A DNA stretch of 64,000 nt from Candidatus Dormiibacterota bacterium. Its GTDB lineage: Archaea; Thermoproteota; Bathyarchaeia; 40CM-2-53-6. The position numbers were made by a program, and so were the translations under genes. This document shows positions 47,660-56,152 of the stretch, in pieces (within the stretch, counting starts at the first letter, position 1; every line of letters starts with the position of its first letter). The stretch spans positions 16,421 to 80,420 of the forward strand of contig DASPWZ010000032.1 of assembly GCA_035637535.1 (NCBI GenBank). The letters run 5' to 3'. The notes under the pieces are model-generated. The model did no database searches, was not told the DNA's origin, and worked only from the letters and a program-made list of their open reading frames with translations.

Positions 47660-47818
47660 TTAGAGTTTTTCCACCACGATATTCGCGCATTCCTTACACA
47701 TGAAGCACCTTCCGCCCCAACGGAATGTAATCTCATGTGCCGTGACCTTGCCGCATGTCCAGCACCATACTGATGAAAAGCGGGCGAAGAAGTCGGGATT
47801 CTTCTCTAAGGATGGCAT
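47660..47818 (-). CDS. small zinc-ribbon protein (52 aa, not in the ORF track)
   Basis: MPSLEKNPDFFARFSSVWCWTCGKVTAHEITFRWGGRCFMCKECANIVVEKL, giving CxxC...CxxC. Confidence 0.35.
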   Translation of the reverse strand: MPSLEKNPDFFARFSSVWCWTCGKVTAHEITFRWGGRCFMCKECANIVVEKL

Positions 47819-47877
47819 GAAAGCCTAAGCTCTGTTAGAGACTGTTAAGTAAGAGATGGGTCCGAAACTCTTCACCG

Positions 47878-48942
47878 TTGGAACAAGGTTCTAATCTGGA
47901 ATCGAGGACATTATTTCAGAATTCGAAAGAGGGTGATGGAAAGTTGCCCAATGATTCGGTTAAAGTGTACTTGCCCGAGGAAGCACTCCAAGGTGAAGAG
48001 ATACCGTCGTTCGCGTTATGGCATGGAGCTACCTTCGAGGGGATACAGGTACGCATTCCTCGCGGGTTGAAAGTGTCGGAAGTGTACAATGTGGCAAACG
48101 ATGATTGGACTCTCTCTGAAACCGAATTGTCGGTCAAACAGGTGGAAGTAAACGGTTACTTGGGGCTCGTAATCACCTCTGAACAAATGGAAGAGACATC
48201 GAAAGAGGTCGAACTCCATTGGGATTTCTTTCATAAGGATGGAAAGTTTTCGGAGTCGAAGCGAATTCATGTCTTCCGGCCGCTGATTGAAGTTGAAGTG
48301 CCATCCGAGGTTCGGCTTGAGAAATCTCCGAAGGTTGTCGCCAACCCGTTGCGAATAGAAAACAAAGGGCTGGGAACTGTTATCATCGGAGTAAGAGCAT
48401 TAGATGACAGCAAGGCGACGTTGGAAGAACCAGCAGTAGTATCAGATTTCGTAAAGTCGTTCAACGAAGATGTCAAAGCCGGTTTCGGTGAGATGAAGAC
48501 TCGATTTCCTGACCTTCACCGTCTCATTGGCGAAGTCGCCCGCATCTTCAGCGACCCTCCGAATCTGTCAGAAAAGGCAGGCGTGCAAAGGCTTCAACGA
48601 ATTGGAGAGGAAGTGAAGCAGACGAACCAAGAGTACACGGACTTCGGGAAATCGATTGGAGAGGTTCTCGGTAGCGCCCTGCTGGCGAACCTTCAGAAAT
48701 TCAACATATTCCAGCAACTCGCTGAGTACATTCACTCAGTTCAAGGTAGAAAGGTCCTCGTGAGAGATCCATTGAACACTGTACATGTTGGACCTGGAAA
48801 ATCCAAGTTGCATTTTAGAGTCGAGTACACTGACCTTGCGTACGGGTACTATCCGCACGTCGAAATCAAGACCATGATTCAATCAGATGAAGACAAGATT
48901 TTCCCCCTTTACAAGCTTTTCAGGTGGAGTGGGACGAGATGA
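47878..48942 (+). CDS. unknown protein A of a coupled pair (no recognisable domain)
   Basis: 354 aa with a TTG start. Soluble, with no catalytic or NTP-binding motifs seen. Confidence 0.6.
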   Translation: MEQGSNLESRTLFQNSKEGDGKLPNDSVKVYLPEEALQGEEIPSFALWHGATFEGIQVRIPRGLKVSEVYNVANDDWTLSETELSVKQVEVNGYLGLVITSEQMEETSKEVELHWDFFHKDGKFSESKRIHVFRPLIEVEVPSEVRLEKSPKVVANPLRIENKGLGTVIIGVRALDDSKATLEEPAVVSDFVKSFNEDVKAGFGEMKTRFPDLHRLIGEVARIFSDPPNLSEKAGVQRLQRIGEEVKQTNQEYTDFGKSIGEVLGSALLANLQKFNIFQQLAEYIHSVQGRKVLVRDPLNTVHVGPGKSKLHFRVEYTDLAYGYYPHVEIKTMIQSDEDKIFPLYKLFRWSGTR

Positions 48943-49901
48943 CCGTTCCAATCGTCGCCCAAGAAGGGAAGGCAGCGCTCAAGATAGTAGAGAAGATCGG
49001 TAAGATCCTAGACACTCTAAAACGGTCAGTAACAAAGGAATCAGAGGTCCTCTCCTTAAGGTTGCCCGACCACACTGGAGAGTATTCCGTAGTGCTGAAA
49101 GTTAAGTCGGGCTATTACGGAGGAAAAGTTGCCTTTTCCATCCCTAACATAATCAGACTGCAAGCCGTCTGTTTACCCGCTTTTCGTCGTGAGGAGGCTG
49201 CTGTCTCTCGGGAAGGCGACACCTTCCAATTTGACCCGGGCAAACTTTCCGCCGGCGCGGAAACTGTATTGTTGAAGTTTCTCTTCCAGATAGAAGAAAG
49301 AACTGTTCTTGAGAATCTTGTGAAGCTAAACTCCCAACTTGACCCTTTGGGGTCGGACTCTTCTGCCGAAGACAAATACTGGCTCACTGCTCAAATCAAG
49401 TTTCCAGCCTCTCTTCAGAAGCTATACAGCAGTTTGGAAGTGCTCGGGGTCGATTTTCGAGTAGATGTTGGTGTCCATCAGCAGATAAAGACCGTTCCTA
49501 GCGAAATTAGGGGAATTATCGAAAGGACAGCCGACTTCAGTGGCACTGCGGACCGAGAGAAACTCCTTAGACTCGTCGGGGAACAACGCAGGGCGGCGAA
49601 GTTTGCATCAAGATTCAGAGAAGACTTTCGCGAACTTGCACTGTTATTCATGCCTACTCGCTTTAGCCGCTACATAGTAGTCCAACAACCTTTCAGGTAT
49701 ACAGAATGTGAGCCCGGACTCGAACTATTCGAGTCTTCATTCGCCCCGTTGCCGAAGTTCATGACCGTTACCTCTCGAACTGACCTCAGCCTAGAGGAAC
49801 CTGCTAAGGAGGGGGTTCTGGTCTACAAGAAGAAGGAGGTAAAAGACGAAATTCAACGCATATTTCCCGCGTCAAAGGACTACAAGTCTTCCTCAAGCTG
49901 A
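48924..49901 (+). CDS. unknown protein B of a coupled pair (no recognisable domain)
   Basis: 325 aa. Its start overlaps the end of A by 19 nt. Soluble, no motifs seen. Confidence 0.6.
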   Translation: MEWDEMTVPIVAQEGKAALKIVEKIGKILDTLKRSVTKESEVLSLRLPDHTGEYSVVLKVKSGYYGGKVAFSIPNIIRLQAVCLPAFRREEAAVSREGDTFQFDPGKLSAGAETVLLKFLFQIEERTVLENLVKLNSQLDPLGSDSSAEDKYWLTAQIKFPASLQKLYSSLEVLGVDFRVDVGVHQQIKTVPSEIRGIIERTADFSGTADREKLLRLVGEQRRAAKFASRFREDFRELALLFMPTRFSRYIVVQQPFRYTECEPGLELFESSFAPLPKFMTVTSRTDLSLEEPAKEGVLVYKKKEVKDEIQRIFPASKDYKSSSS

Positions 49902-50064
49902 ATGAGTGCTGTCCCAGCTGTAAGTTGCTTCGGGGGCGTCACCTGCCCCGTTTGTTCAGCACATACCGCTACTTCCCGGGCCTCAAGGAACGGAGTCCGA
50001 AGGGCGGGGCTTTCGACTGAGATTGTTAAGTAAGAGATGAGACCACGCACTCTGGGGTCCAAGA

Positions 50065-51015
50065 TTGGTACTGCCAGATTACCAAACCCTAATGCTTCCG
50101 TTGATGCAGACAATCGGAGACAACCAAGTGCACGATCTGCACGACATTATCGAGTCTCTCGCCAAACAATTCAAGCTGAGGGACCCGGATAGGGTCGAAA
50201 TGCTTCCAAGCGGTAAACAGAGAACGTTCGACAATAGGGTTGGTTGGGCAAGGACTTACCTCAAGAAAGCAGGGCTTCTTGAGACTCCCAGCATGGGAAA
50301 GCTCAAGATAACCGCCCGTGGATTAGATATGTTGAAGAACAATCCGCCCAATCTTGACCGAAAGTTTCTCATGCAGTTTCCCGAGTTTGTCGAGTTCCAG
50401 AAGGTTCAACAAAAAACACTCTTGAAAAAGATTGAAACCGACGAGGACAAGAACCTGTTTAAGAGATTTCAAGCTATCTCGGATTTTGCAGCGGCCTCTA
50501 CGCCTACTGAATTGTTAGAAGCAAGTTATCAGGGTCTACGGGCCGCGTTGGCAGAAGAACTCTTAGACCGTGTTAAGAAATGCTCGCCACGGTTTTTCGA
50601 GGATCTTGTTCTGGACCTGCTTGTGCAGATGGGCTATGGTGGGTCTCGGAAAGACGCAGAGCGTGTTGGACGAAGTGGTGACGGTGGAATAGACGGCACC
50701 ATTAACGAAGATAAGTTAGGGCTGGATGTTGTCTATGTTCAGGCAAAGCGGTGGGATAAGGGAACGGTGGCGAGGAAGGAAATACAGGCATTTGTTGGCA
50801 GTCTTGAACCGAAGAAAGCTAAGAAAGGGGTCTTCATTACAACTTCCCAGTTCTCCGAGGACGCCAGAGACTACGTGAAGGGGACTGAGAAGAGAATAGT
50901 GCTCATAGACGGGGAAGAACTCGCCCAATTGATGATTGACCACGGGATTGGGGTCACCTTAGAGAACCGCTATGATATCAAGAAGGTGGACGTGGACTAC
51001 TTCAGCGAGGGATAA
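50065..51015 (+). CDS. mrr: Mrr-family type IV restriction endonuclease
   Basis: 316 aa. Mrr_N-like winged helix (LPDYQTLMLPLMQ) and an Mrr catalytic core (GDGGIDG...DVVYVQAKRW). Confidence 0.88.
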   Translation: MVLPDYQTLMLPLMQTIGDNQVHDLHDIIESLAKQFKLRDPDRVEMLPSGKQRTFDNRVGWARTYLKKAGLLETPSMGKLKITARGLDMLKNNPPNLDRKFLMQFPEFVEFQKVQQKTLLKKIETDEDKNLFKRFQAISDFAAASTPTELLEASYQGLRAALAEELLDRVKKCSPRFFEDLVLDLLVQMGYGGSRKDAERVGRSGDGGIDGTINEDKLGLDVVYVQAKRWDKGTVARKEIQAFVGSLEPKKAKKGVFITTSQFSEDARDYVKGTEKRIVLIDGEELAQLMIDHGIGVTLENRYDIKKVDVDYFSEG

Positions 51016-51289
51016 TTAGGAAAACTCTGCTCGGTCTCACGATCTGTGACTTGAATATGCTGGTTGCCCCGTTAGAAGGGCGATTGTAGGTGTTGTCGGT
51101 ACCTGTTGTATCCATATATCACATCTACTCCCTTCACTAAGAATTCGTAGATCCACTAAGACGGCAAAGCTTGTGATTGAGGAGCGCCAAAACTTCTACC
51201 TCCTTTCGCGACCCAGCGCGAGTAAGAGACCTTAGAGGCGACCCCATCTCGGCATTATGCCCAGGAATTTGGGGTGGATGAGATAGTGC

Positions 51290-52417
51290 TCAAATGATTC
51301 CAATCATTAGCAGGAACAACACGGTAACTAGGAGTGCAGCGTAGACTGCGGCTACGAGTCTGTTCTGTAGAATTGTTCTCGCATGCTTGGTTGGAGTCTT
51401 GATTTGGACTGTTGGCACGAGGCTTAGTCCTTTGGATCTGGGAACGAACATCATTCCAGAACCATTCCTAGACGCCCATCCAGTCCATCCAAGCTCGCTA
51501 CGGTTCACGAGTGCCCGCTCTTCTTTCTCGCGCAATTGGTTGTAGACCGAATCGCCCAGCATGCTTCGAACAGTTCTCGCATCGAATGTTCCCGGCGTAC
51601 CCGTAGACCGAACTAACAGAAGGTCCGCATCAGCCCTCAGGTCGATTGGCGTCGAGTAGAATCTATGAACTGCGCTAAGAACTATCACTAATCCCTCGGT
51701 CATGCCAGCACAGCGCTTCAACGCACCGCGGATATCATAGAGTGCCCCAAGCAGTATTCCACGAGTCCTGCGGTCAACGTTGTCGAGCGCCTTGGTCATG
51801 TCGTCTAAGAATAGCAACACAGCCTTGTAGGGACGGGCTGGAAGATTGTCCAACAGGGCTACCAAGTCGCGACTTGAGCGGACCGCATAGACTGACCCAG
51901 CGCCATATCTTGAAACAAGATATTCGCAGATAGAGGACCCAATCGAGGTCTTCCCAGTGTTTGGTTTGCCGAATGCTACGATATTCAAGTGGTGTATCGC
52001 ATTGTCGTCTATGCCTTGGCTTCTCGGCAAGGGTTCTGGGATTAGCTTGTCAAGTATGCTCGCCAAAGTGGCCTCTGGATTTGGTTGGAGAATGGCAAGT
52101 GCTGCTCGTTTCAATGAACGCTCATGCAAGTGCGTTGAGCCGGAGGCTTTTTGTTTGGATTGGCCGCTAAGGTCTTTGCCGGGTCTACCGATCGCCCAGT
52201 GACCGAAGCCCAAGAATTCTAAGGCTCGATCAATCCAGCCGCCTTCGAAAAGCTCGTACGCCTCTGGCTTGTTGCCATCCCGCAAGCCACTTTGGAACCG
52301 TGATTGCTGGAACATGCTTTCAGCTTGGGTCAGAACGGCTTGCGCGCGCTCGTTGCTGAACTGGGCTCTGAGTCCGCCGAAAATCTTGGAGTTCAGCTCG
52401 ACTAGGGACGCCATCAC
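51290..52417 (-). CDS. element P-loop ATPase with C-terminal TM anchor
   Basis: 375 aa. Walker A FGKPNTGKTS, Walker B VLLFLDDMT, C-terminal LVAAVYAALLVTVLFLLMIGII. 4-nt overlap with the integrase stop. Confidence 0.75.
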   Translation of the reverse strand: MMASLVELNSKIFGGLRAQFSNERAQAVLTQAESMFQQSRFQSGLRDGNKPEAYELFEGGWIDRALEFLGFGHWAIGRPGKDLSGQSKQKASGSTHLHERSLKRAALAILQPNPEATLASILDKLIPEPLPRSQGIDDNAIHHLNIVAFGKPNTGKTSIGSSICEYLVSRYGAGSVYAVRSSRDLVALLDNLPARPYKAVLLFLDDMTKALDNVDRRTRGILLGALYDIRGALKRCAGMTEGLVIVLSAVHRFYSTPIDLRADADLLLVRSTGTPGTFDARTVRSMLGDSVYNQLREKEERALVNRSELGWTGWASRNGSGMMFVPRSKGLSLVPTVQIKTPTKHARTILQNRLVAAVYAALLVTVLFLLMIGII

Positions 52418-53268
52418 TTACGCCTCCTAAAGACTTGGACACCGTCCTCTAGTTTGCAGACAAATTCGAACCCGGTTTCGACCAGAGCTGTGACCTCTGA
52501 GAGAGTTCTAGCCGCTTTGCAATGGAAGGCGTCATCTTCCGTAGTTTGGAGTTGGATGTAGCGTAGCGTGTTCTGGATTGATTTGTGTCCTAGGAGTCTA
52601 GAGACGTGGACTATGTCCTTTGTTCGAGCATACTCCACCGTTCCTCTCCAATGGCGAAGAGTATGAAAGTGGATTGACTGTATCCTAGGGTTTCCTAGTT
52701 TGGAGGCTATTCTCTTTCTCTGCTTCTGGAACAGCCTGCCGAAGTGGTTAAGCGTTCCATCTCCCCAAACCTTCTGACTATTCCTAGGCAGCGTGCCCAG
52801 TCGCTCGGTCAATCTCAGACTTAGCTTGAGCAGTCTAGCGTTGGAGTTCTTCTCTGGTGTTACTCTTACAGTTCTCTGCTCAAGGTCTAGGTCCGTCCAT
52901 CGGACGCTCCAAGCCTCACCAGCCCTAGCCCCCGTATCTTTCAAGAAGAGCAGGAAAGAGCCTACCCTTCGTGAACATCCTCCAATCAGTTGATCTATCT
53001 CTGCTTCAGTTGGTAGGAAAGGTACCTTGTCTATTCTGCGATATCGTGGCTTGGTGAACGAAACGCCTCGAAACTTGTAGAAACTGTATAGAACGTTAGA
53101 AGCAATCTCCTTGGTTCCGAGAGACCAATCCAGTTTCGAGAGATAGCCCTTGACAGCTTCACCGTCGGCAAGGTTGCTGTGCTGGGACAGTCGTCGTAGG
53201 ATTCTGATACTTCTATCGACGCTGGATTCTCGGTATCCTTCTTTCTGTAAGTGGAAGCCGTATTCCAC
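52414..53268 (-). CDS. int: tyrosine recombinase/integrase
   Basis: 284 aa. ARAGEAWSVRW (Arg), HTLRHWRGT (HxxR), LLGHKSIQNTLRYI (His...Tyr). Adjacent to the tRNA 3' end. Confidence 0.9.
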   Translation of the reverse strand: MEYGFHLQKEGYRESSVDRSIRILRRLSQHSNLADGEAVKGYLSKLDWSLGTKEIASNVLYSFYKFRGVSFTKPRYRRIDKVPFLPTEAEIDQLIGGCSRRVGSFLLFLKDTGARAGEAWSVRWTDLDLEQRTVRVTPEKNSNARLLKLSLRLTERLGTLPRNSQKVWGDGTLNHFGRLFQKQRKRIASKLGNPRIQSIHFHTLRHWRGTVEYARTKDIVHVSRLLGHKSIQNTLRYIQLQTTEDDAFHCKAARTLSEVTALVETGFEFVCKLEDGVQVFRRRK

Positions 53269-53292
53269 TATCGAAGGTTCGTAGGTTGGAAC

Positions 53293-53338
53293 ATGGTGCG
53301 GGAGGTGGGATTTGAACCCACGAACCCCTACGGGACAG
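53293..53338 (-). repeat. att direct repeat, tRNA-proximal copy
   Basis: Identical to 40408-40453. Confidence 0.9.
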
Positions 53339-53434
53339 GCGCCTCAGGCCTGCGCGTCCAAGACCCTACGGTCGACGGGTCTCTTTGACCTGGCTTGGCA
53401 ACACGAGCCGCCCACATACAAGGCGGACTCCCGC
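53294..53434 (-). tRNA. tRNA-Leu(GAG), 141 nt, with two non-canonical insertions
   Basis: Minus strand reads GCGGGAG...CAGGC-CTGAGGC-GCCTG-TCCCGTAGGGGTTC-GTGGGTTCAAATCCCAC-CTCCCGC-A-CCA. Hairpin inserts follow the acceptor strand and sit in the D loop. A second GCGGGAG lies at 53449-53455. Confidence 0.8.
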
Positions 53435-53602
53435 AAACACCAGGCCCGCTCCCGCAAAGACCCAAACCTAAACGACGCCCCTAATTGGCTTTCGCCAATC
53501 AGACAAAATCATCAGAATCCTGATAATGTTTAATTCAAGCCCGCCCCGGAACCCAACACAACCGAAACCCTGCTTGTCCCATACAACAGGAAACATGTTC
53601 CC

Positions 53603-54058
53603 ATGGCCACCCGACGCAGAAAAACCCGACGCCTACGAGGCAGCAGATGCCACGGTTGGGGACGATCCGGACAACACCGCGACAGCGGAATGCAAGGAGG
53701 ACACGGAAACGCCGGCTGGAAACGCCACCGATGGAGCAGCGTCATACGCTACGGCTGGGAGATCGGAAAAACAGGCTTCACACCCATCAACCCTAAACAC
53801 CAACGAACCATTAACATAGACCAGCTCAGCCAGAACCTCCAGACACTATCCGAACAGGGCAAGACAAAACCCGCTGGGAACCGGATAGAAGTTGACCTAG
53901 GCCAGATAGGCTACACCAAATTGCTAGGCAACGGAAGAGTCACTCAACCTCTCAGAATCATCGTCGCGCAGTGCACCGAAAAAGCAGCCAGTAAGATATC
54001 CGAGGCAGGCGGCGAAGTAGTACTGCCCAAGCCCGCTGAAGCCAGTAAAGAAGGCTGA
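53603..54058 (+). CDS. rpl15: 50S ribosomal protein L15 (uL15)
   Basis: 151 aa. RRKTRRLRGSRCHGWGRSGQHRDSGMQGGHGNAG. Confidence 0.93.
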   Translation: MATRRRKTRRLRGSRCHGWGRSGQHRDSGMQGGHGNAGWKRHRWSSVIRYGWEIGKTGFTPINPKHQRTINIDQLSQNLQTLSEQGKTKPAGNRIEVDLGQIGYTKLLGNGRVTQPLRIIVAQCTEKAASKISEAGGEVVLPKPAEASKEG

Positions 54059-54064
54059 TCCCAA

Positions 54065-55552
54065 ACGGTCCGCTTCATCGAAATCTTCAGACCCCTAACC
54101 CGTATTCTCCCCAGCGTCCGCCCCCCCGATCGCGAAGTAGGATTCACGGAGAAACTCATCTGGACAGCCCTAGCCCTAGTGATCTACCTCATAATGGCCG
54201 AGACCCCGATCTACGGCGTCCCACACACCGGAGGAGTCAACGATCCCTTTGGACCCCTACGAGTCATCTTCGCCAGCCAGAGAGGCACACTCGTCGAACT
54301 CGGAATCGGACCAATAGTCACAGCGGGACTCATACTCCAAGTCCTATCCGGCTCCAAGATGATCAACGTCGACTTCAGCAACCCAGGCGACAGGGCACTC
54401 TTCACCGGAGCAAGCAAAGTACTCTCCGTATTCATGACCCTGTTCGAAGGACTCGCCTTCCTACTCGGCGGAGCATACAACGTCACCAATTCCGCGGGAC
54501 AACCGATCCCGCCCAGCCTACAGAATGAATTCTTCATTCTAGTACAACTCGTATTCGCAGGAATAGTCATAATCCTCCTAGACGAAATGCTCCAGAAAAA
54601 ATGGGGCTTCGGAAGCGGAATCAGCCTCTTCATAGCAGCAGGAGTCTGCCTCCAAATAGTCTGGAGCAGCCTCGGACCTATCTCCCCCGTCTCCGACGGA
54701 AAATACCTGGGAGCGATAATCGCCTTCTTCCAATCCCTCGGACCAGTAATCGCCAGTCCACTCAGTTTCACATCATGGCAGGGCGCACTCTACAGAGGCG
54801 GCAACCTTCCAGACATGCTCGGATTCATCACAACAATAGCGGTGTTTCTAATCGTCATTTACCTTAACGGACTCCGAGTCGAAGTACCAGTCTCCTACGC
54901 TAGATATCGAGGATTCAGAGGCCGATTCCCCATCAAATTCTTCTACGTGTCAAACATACCCGTCATCTTCGCAGCCGCTCTCTTCGGAAACATATTCTTC
55001 ATCGGCCAACTCATCTTCAACAGATACAACCCCGGCTGCTCCAACACAGGAATAAACTTCTGGCTAAGCCTAATCCCCGGATGCTACCAGTCCCAACCAC
55101 AGACTGGACAGCTGATCCCTATCAAGGGCCTAGCATACTACACGTTCGCCCCACGCTCGCTAGGAGTTGTGCTTGGCGATCCGATAAGAGCAGGGGTCTA
55201 CATGCTCATCTTCGTACTTGCATGCGTATTCTTCGCCGTAACATGGGTCGAAGTCGGAGGAATGGACTCGAAAACCGTTTCCAAACAACTCATCGACTCT
55301 GGAATGCAGATAGAAGGATTCAGAAGATCCGGCTCAACCATCAGACAAATTCTTGACAGATACATCCCTGCGGTTACAGTGATAGGTGGAATCACAATCG
55401 GAGTAATAGCTGCCAGTGCAGACTTCCTCGGCGCCTTCGGCACGGGAACAGGAATCCTGCTCACCGTAGGCATTATACAGCAATATTATGAAATTCTTGT
55501 AAAGGAAAGAATTACTGAGATATACCCGGGAACCAAGGGCCTCTTGGGATAG
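54065..55552 (+). CDS. secY: preprotein translocase subunit SecY (start codon unresolved)
   Basis: The track ORF starts at GTG 54179, but the conserved N-terminus (..LPSVRPPDREVGFTEKLIWTALALVIY) is encoded in frame from 54059. No ATG/GTG/TTG occurs there; ACG at 54065 is a guess. Confidence 0.88.
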   Translation, partial: TVRFIEIFRPLTRILPSVRPPDREVGFTEKLIWTALALVIYLIMAETPIYGVPHTGGVNDPFGPLRVIFASQRGTLVELGIGPIVTAGLILQVLSGSKMINVDFSNPGDRALFTGASKVLSVFMTLFEGLAFLLGGAYNVTNSAGQPIPPSLQNEFFILVQLVFAGIVIILLDEMLQKKWGFGSGISLFIAAGVCLQIVWSSLGPISPVSDGKYLGAIIAFFQSLGPVIASPLSFTSWQGALYRGGNLPDMLGFITTIAVFLIVIYLNGLRVEVPVSYARYRGFRGRFPIKFFYVSNIPVIFAAALFGNIFFIGQLIFNRYNPGCSNTGINFWLSLIPGCYQSQPQTGQLIPIKGLAYYTFAPRSLGVVLGDPIRAGVYMLIFVLACVFFAVTWVEVGGMDSKTVSKQLIDSGMQIEGFRRSGSTIRQILDRYIPAVTVIGGITIGVIAASADFLGAFGTGTGILLTVGIIQQYYEILVKERITEIYPGTKGLLG

Positions 55553-56151
55553 TGAGAGGCCAAGCCTTGCAGGCAACAATCATAGTAGCCGGTGTACCGG
55601 GGGTCGGCAAGACAACAGTCCTCCAAGAGCTGGAGGCTGTGGCCAAGGAGAGAAAGGTTCCGCTCAAGATTGTCAATTTCGGAAACGTCATGAATGAGCT
55701 TTTCAAAAAGCATGGGGTTGAGATTCACCGGGACCACATGCGCAAGGAGGACATTACCCTCCAGGCGAAGATACAGGAACAAGCCGCACGAATGATTTCA
55801 AAGACCCCAGGAAACTCTACCCTCGTCGTCGACACTCACATGTTTGTAAGAACAAACGATGGCATATGGCCCGGCACTCCCCGGAAGGTCCTTGAAGCCT
55901 TGGACCCGAGCATGATTATCCTGATAGAAGCAGACCCTGAGGAGGTCGCTCGAAGAAGAGCCGCCGACACCACCCGTTACCGAGACAGTCAGAACCTGGA
56001 AGATGCTAAGGCCGACCTGCAATGGTCGAGGAACATGGCAAGCGCAATAGCCGTCCTGGCCGGAGTTCCAATTCAGATATTGCAGAACCAAAACGGCCAG
56101 CAGCGACAATCGGCTGAGGAACTCCTCAAGATTATCGAGAAGCGTAACTAG
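55552..56151 (+). CDS. adkA: adenylate kinase, archaeal type
   Basis: 199 aa. IIVAGVPGVGKTTVLQEL. Confidence 0.9.
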   Translation: MRGQALQATIIVAGVPGVGKTTVLQELEAVAKERKVPLKIVNFGNVMNELFKKHGVEIHRDHMRKEDITLQAKIQEQAARMISKTPGNSTLVVDTHMFVRTNDGIWPGTPRKVLEALDPSMIILIEADPEEVARRRAADTTRYRDSQNLEDAKADLQWSRNMASAIAVLAGVPIQILQNQNGQQRQSAEELLKIIEKRN

Positions 56152-56152
56152 C

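Larger units (their letters stand above)
40408..53338 (-). mobile_element. 12.9-kb integrated element (pNOB8-type tyrosine-integrase element) in tRNA-Leu(GAG)
   Basis: Identical 46-bp direct repeats lie at 40408-40453 and 53293-53338 (the tRNA 3' part). An intact integrase sits 25 nt from the tRNA. Cargo is R-M, Mrr, TBP and small HTH/Zn-ribbon ORFs. Confidence 0.8.

Noticed and set aside
54056-54058. Selenocysteine or programmed read-through of the rpl15 TGA producing an L15-SecY fusion
   Set aside because: A fusion of a ribosomal protein to a membrane channel is implausible, and TGA terminates many other genes in this window. Non-canonical initiation or a base error is more likely.
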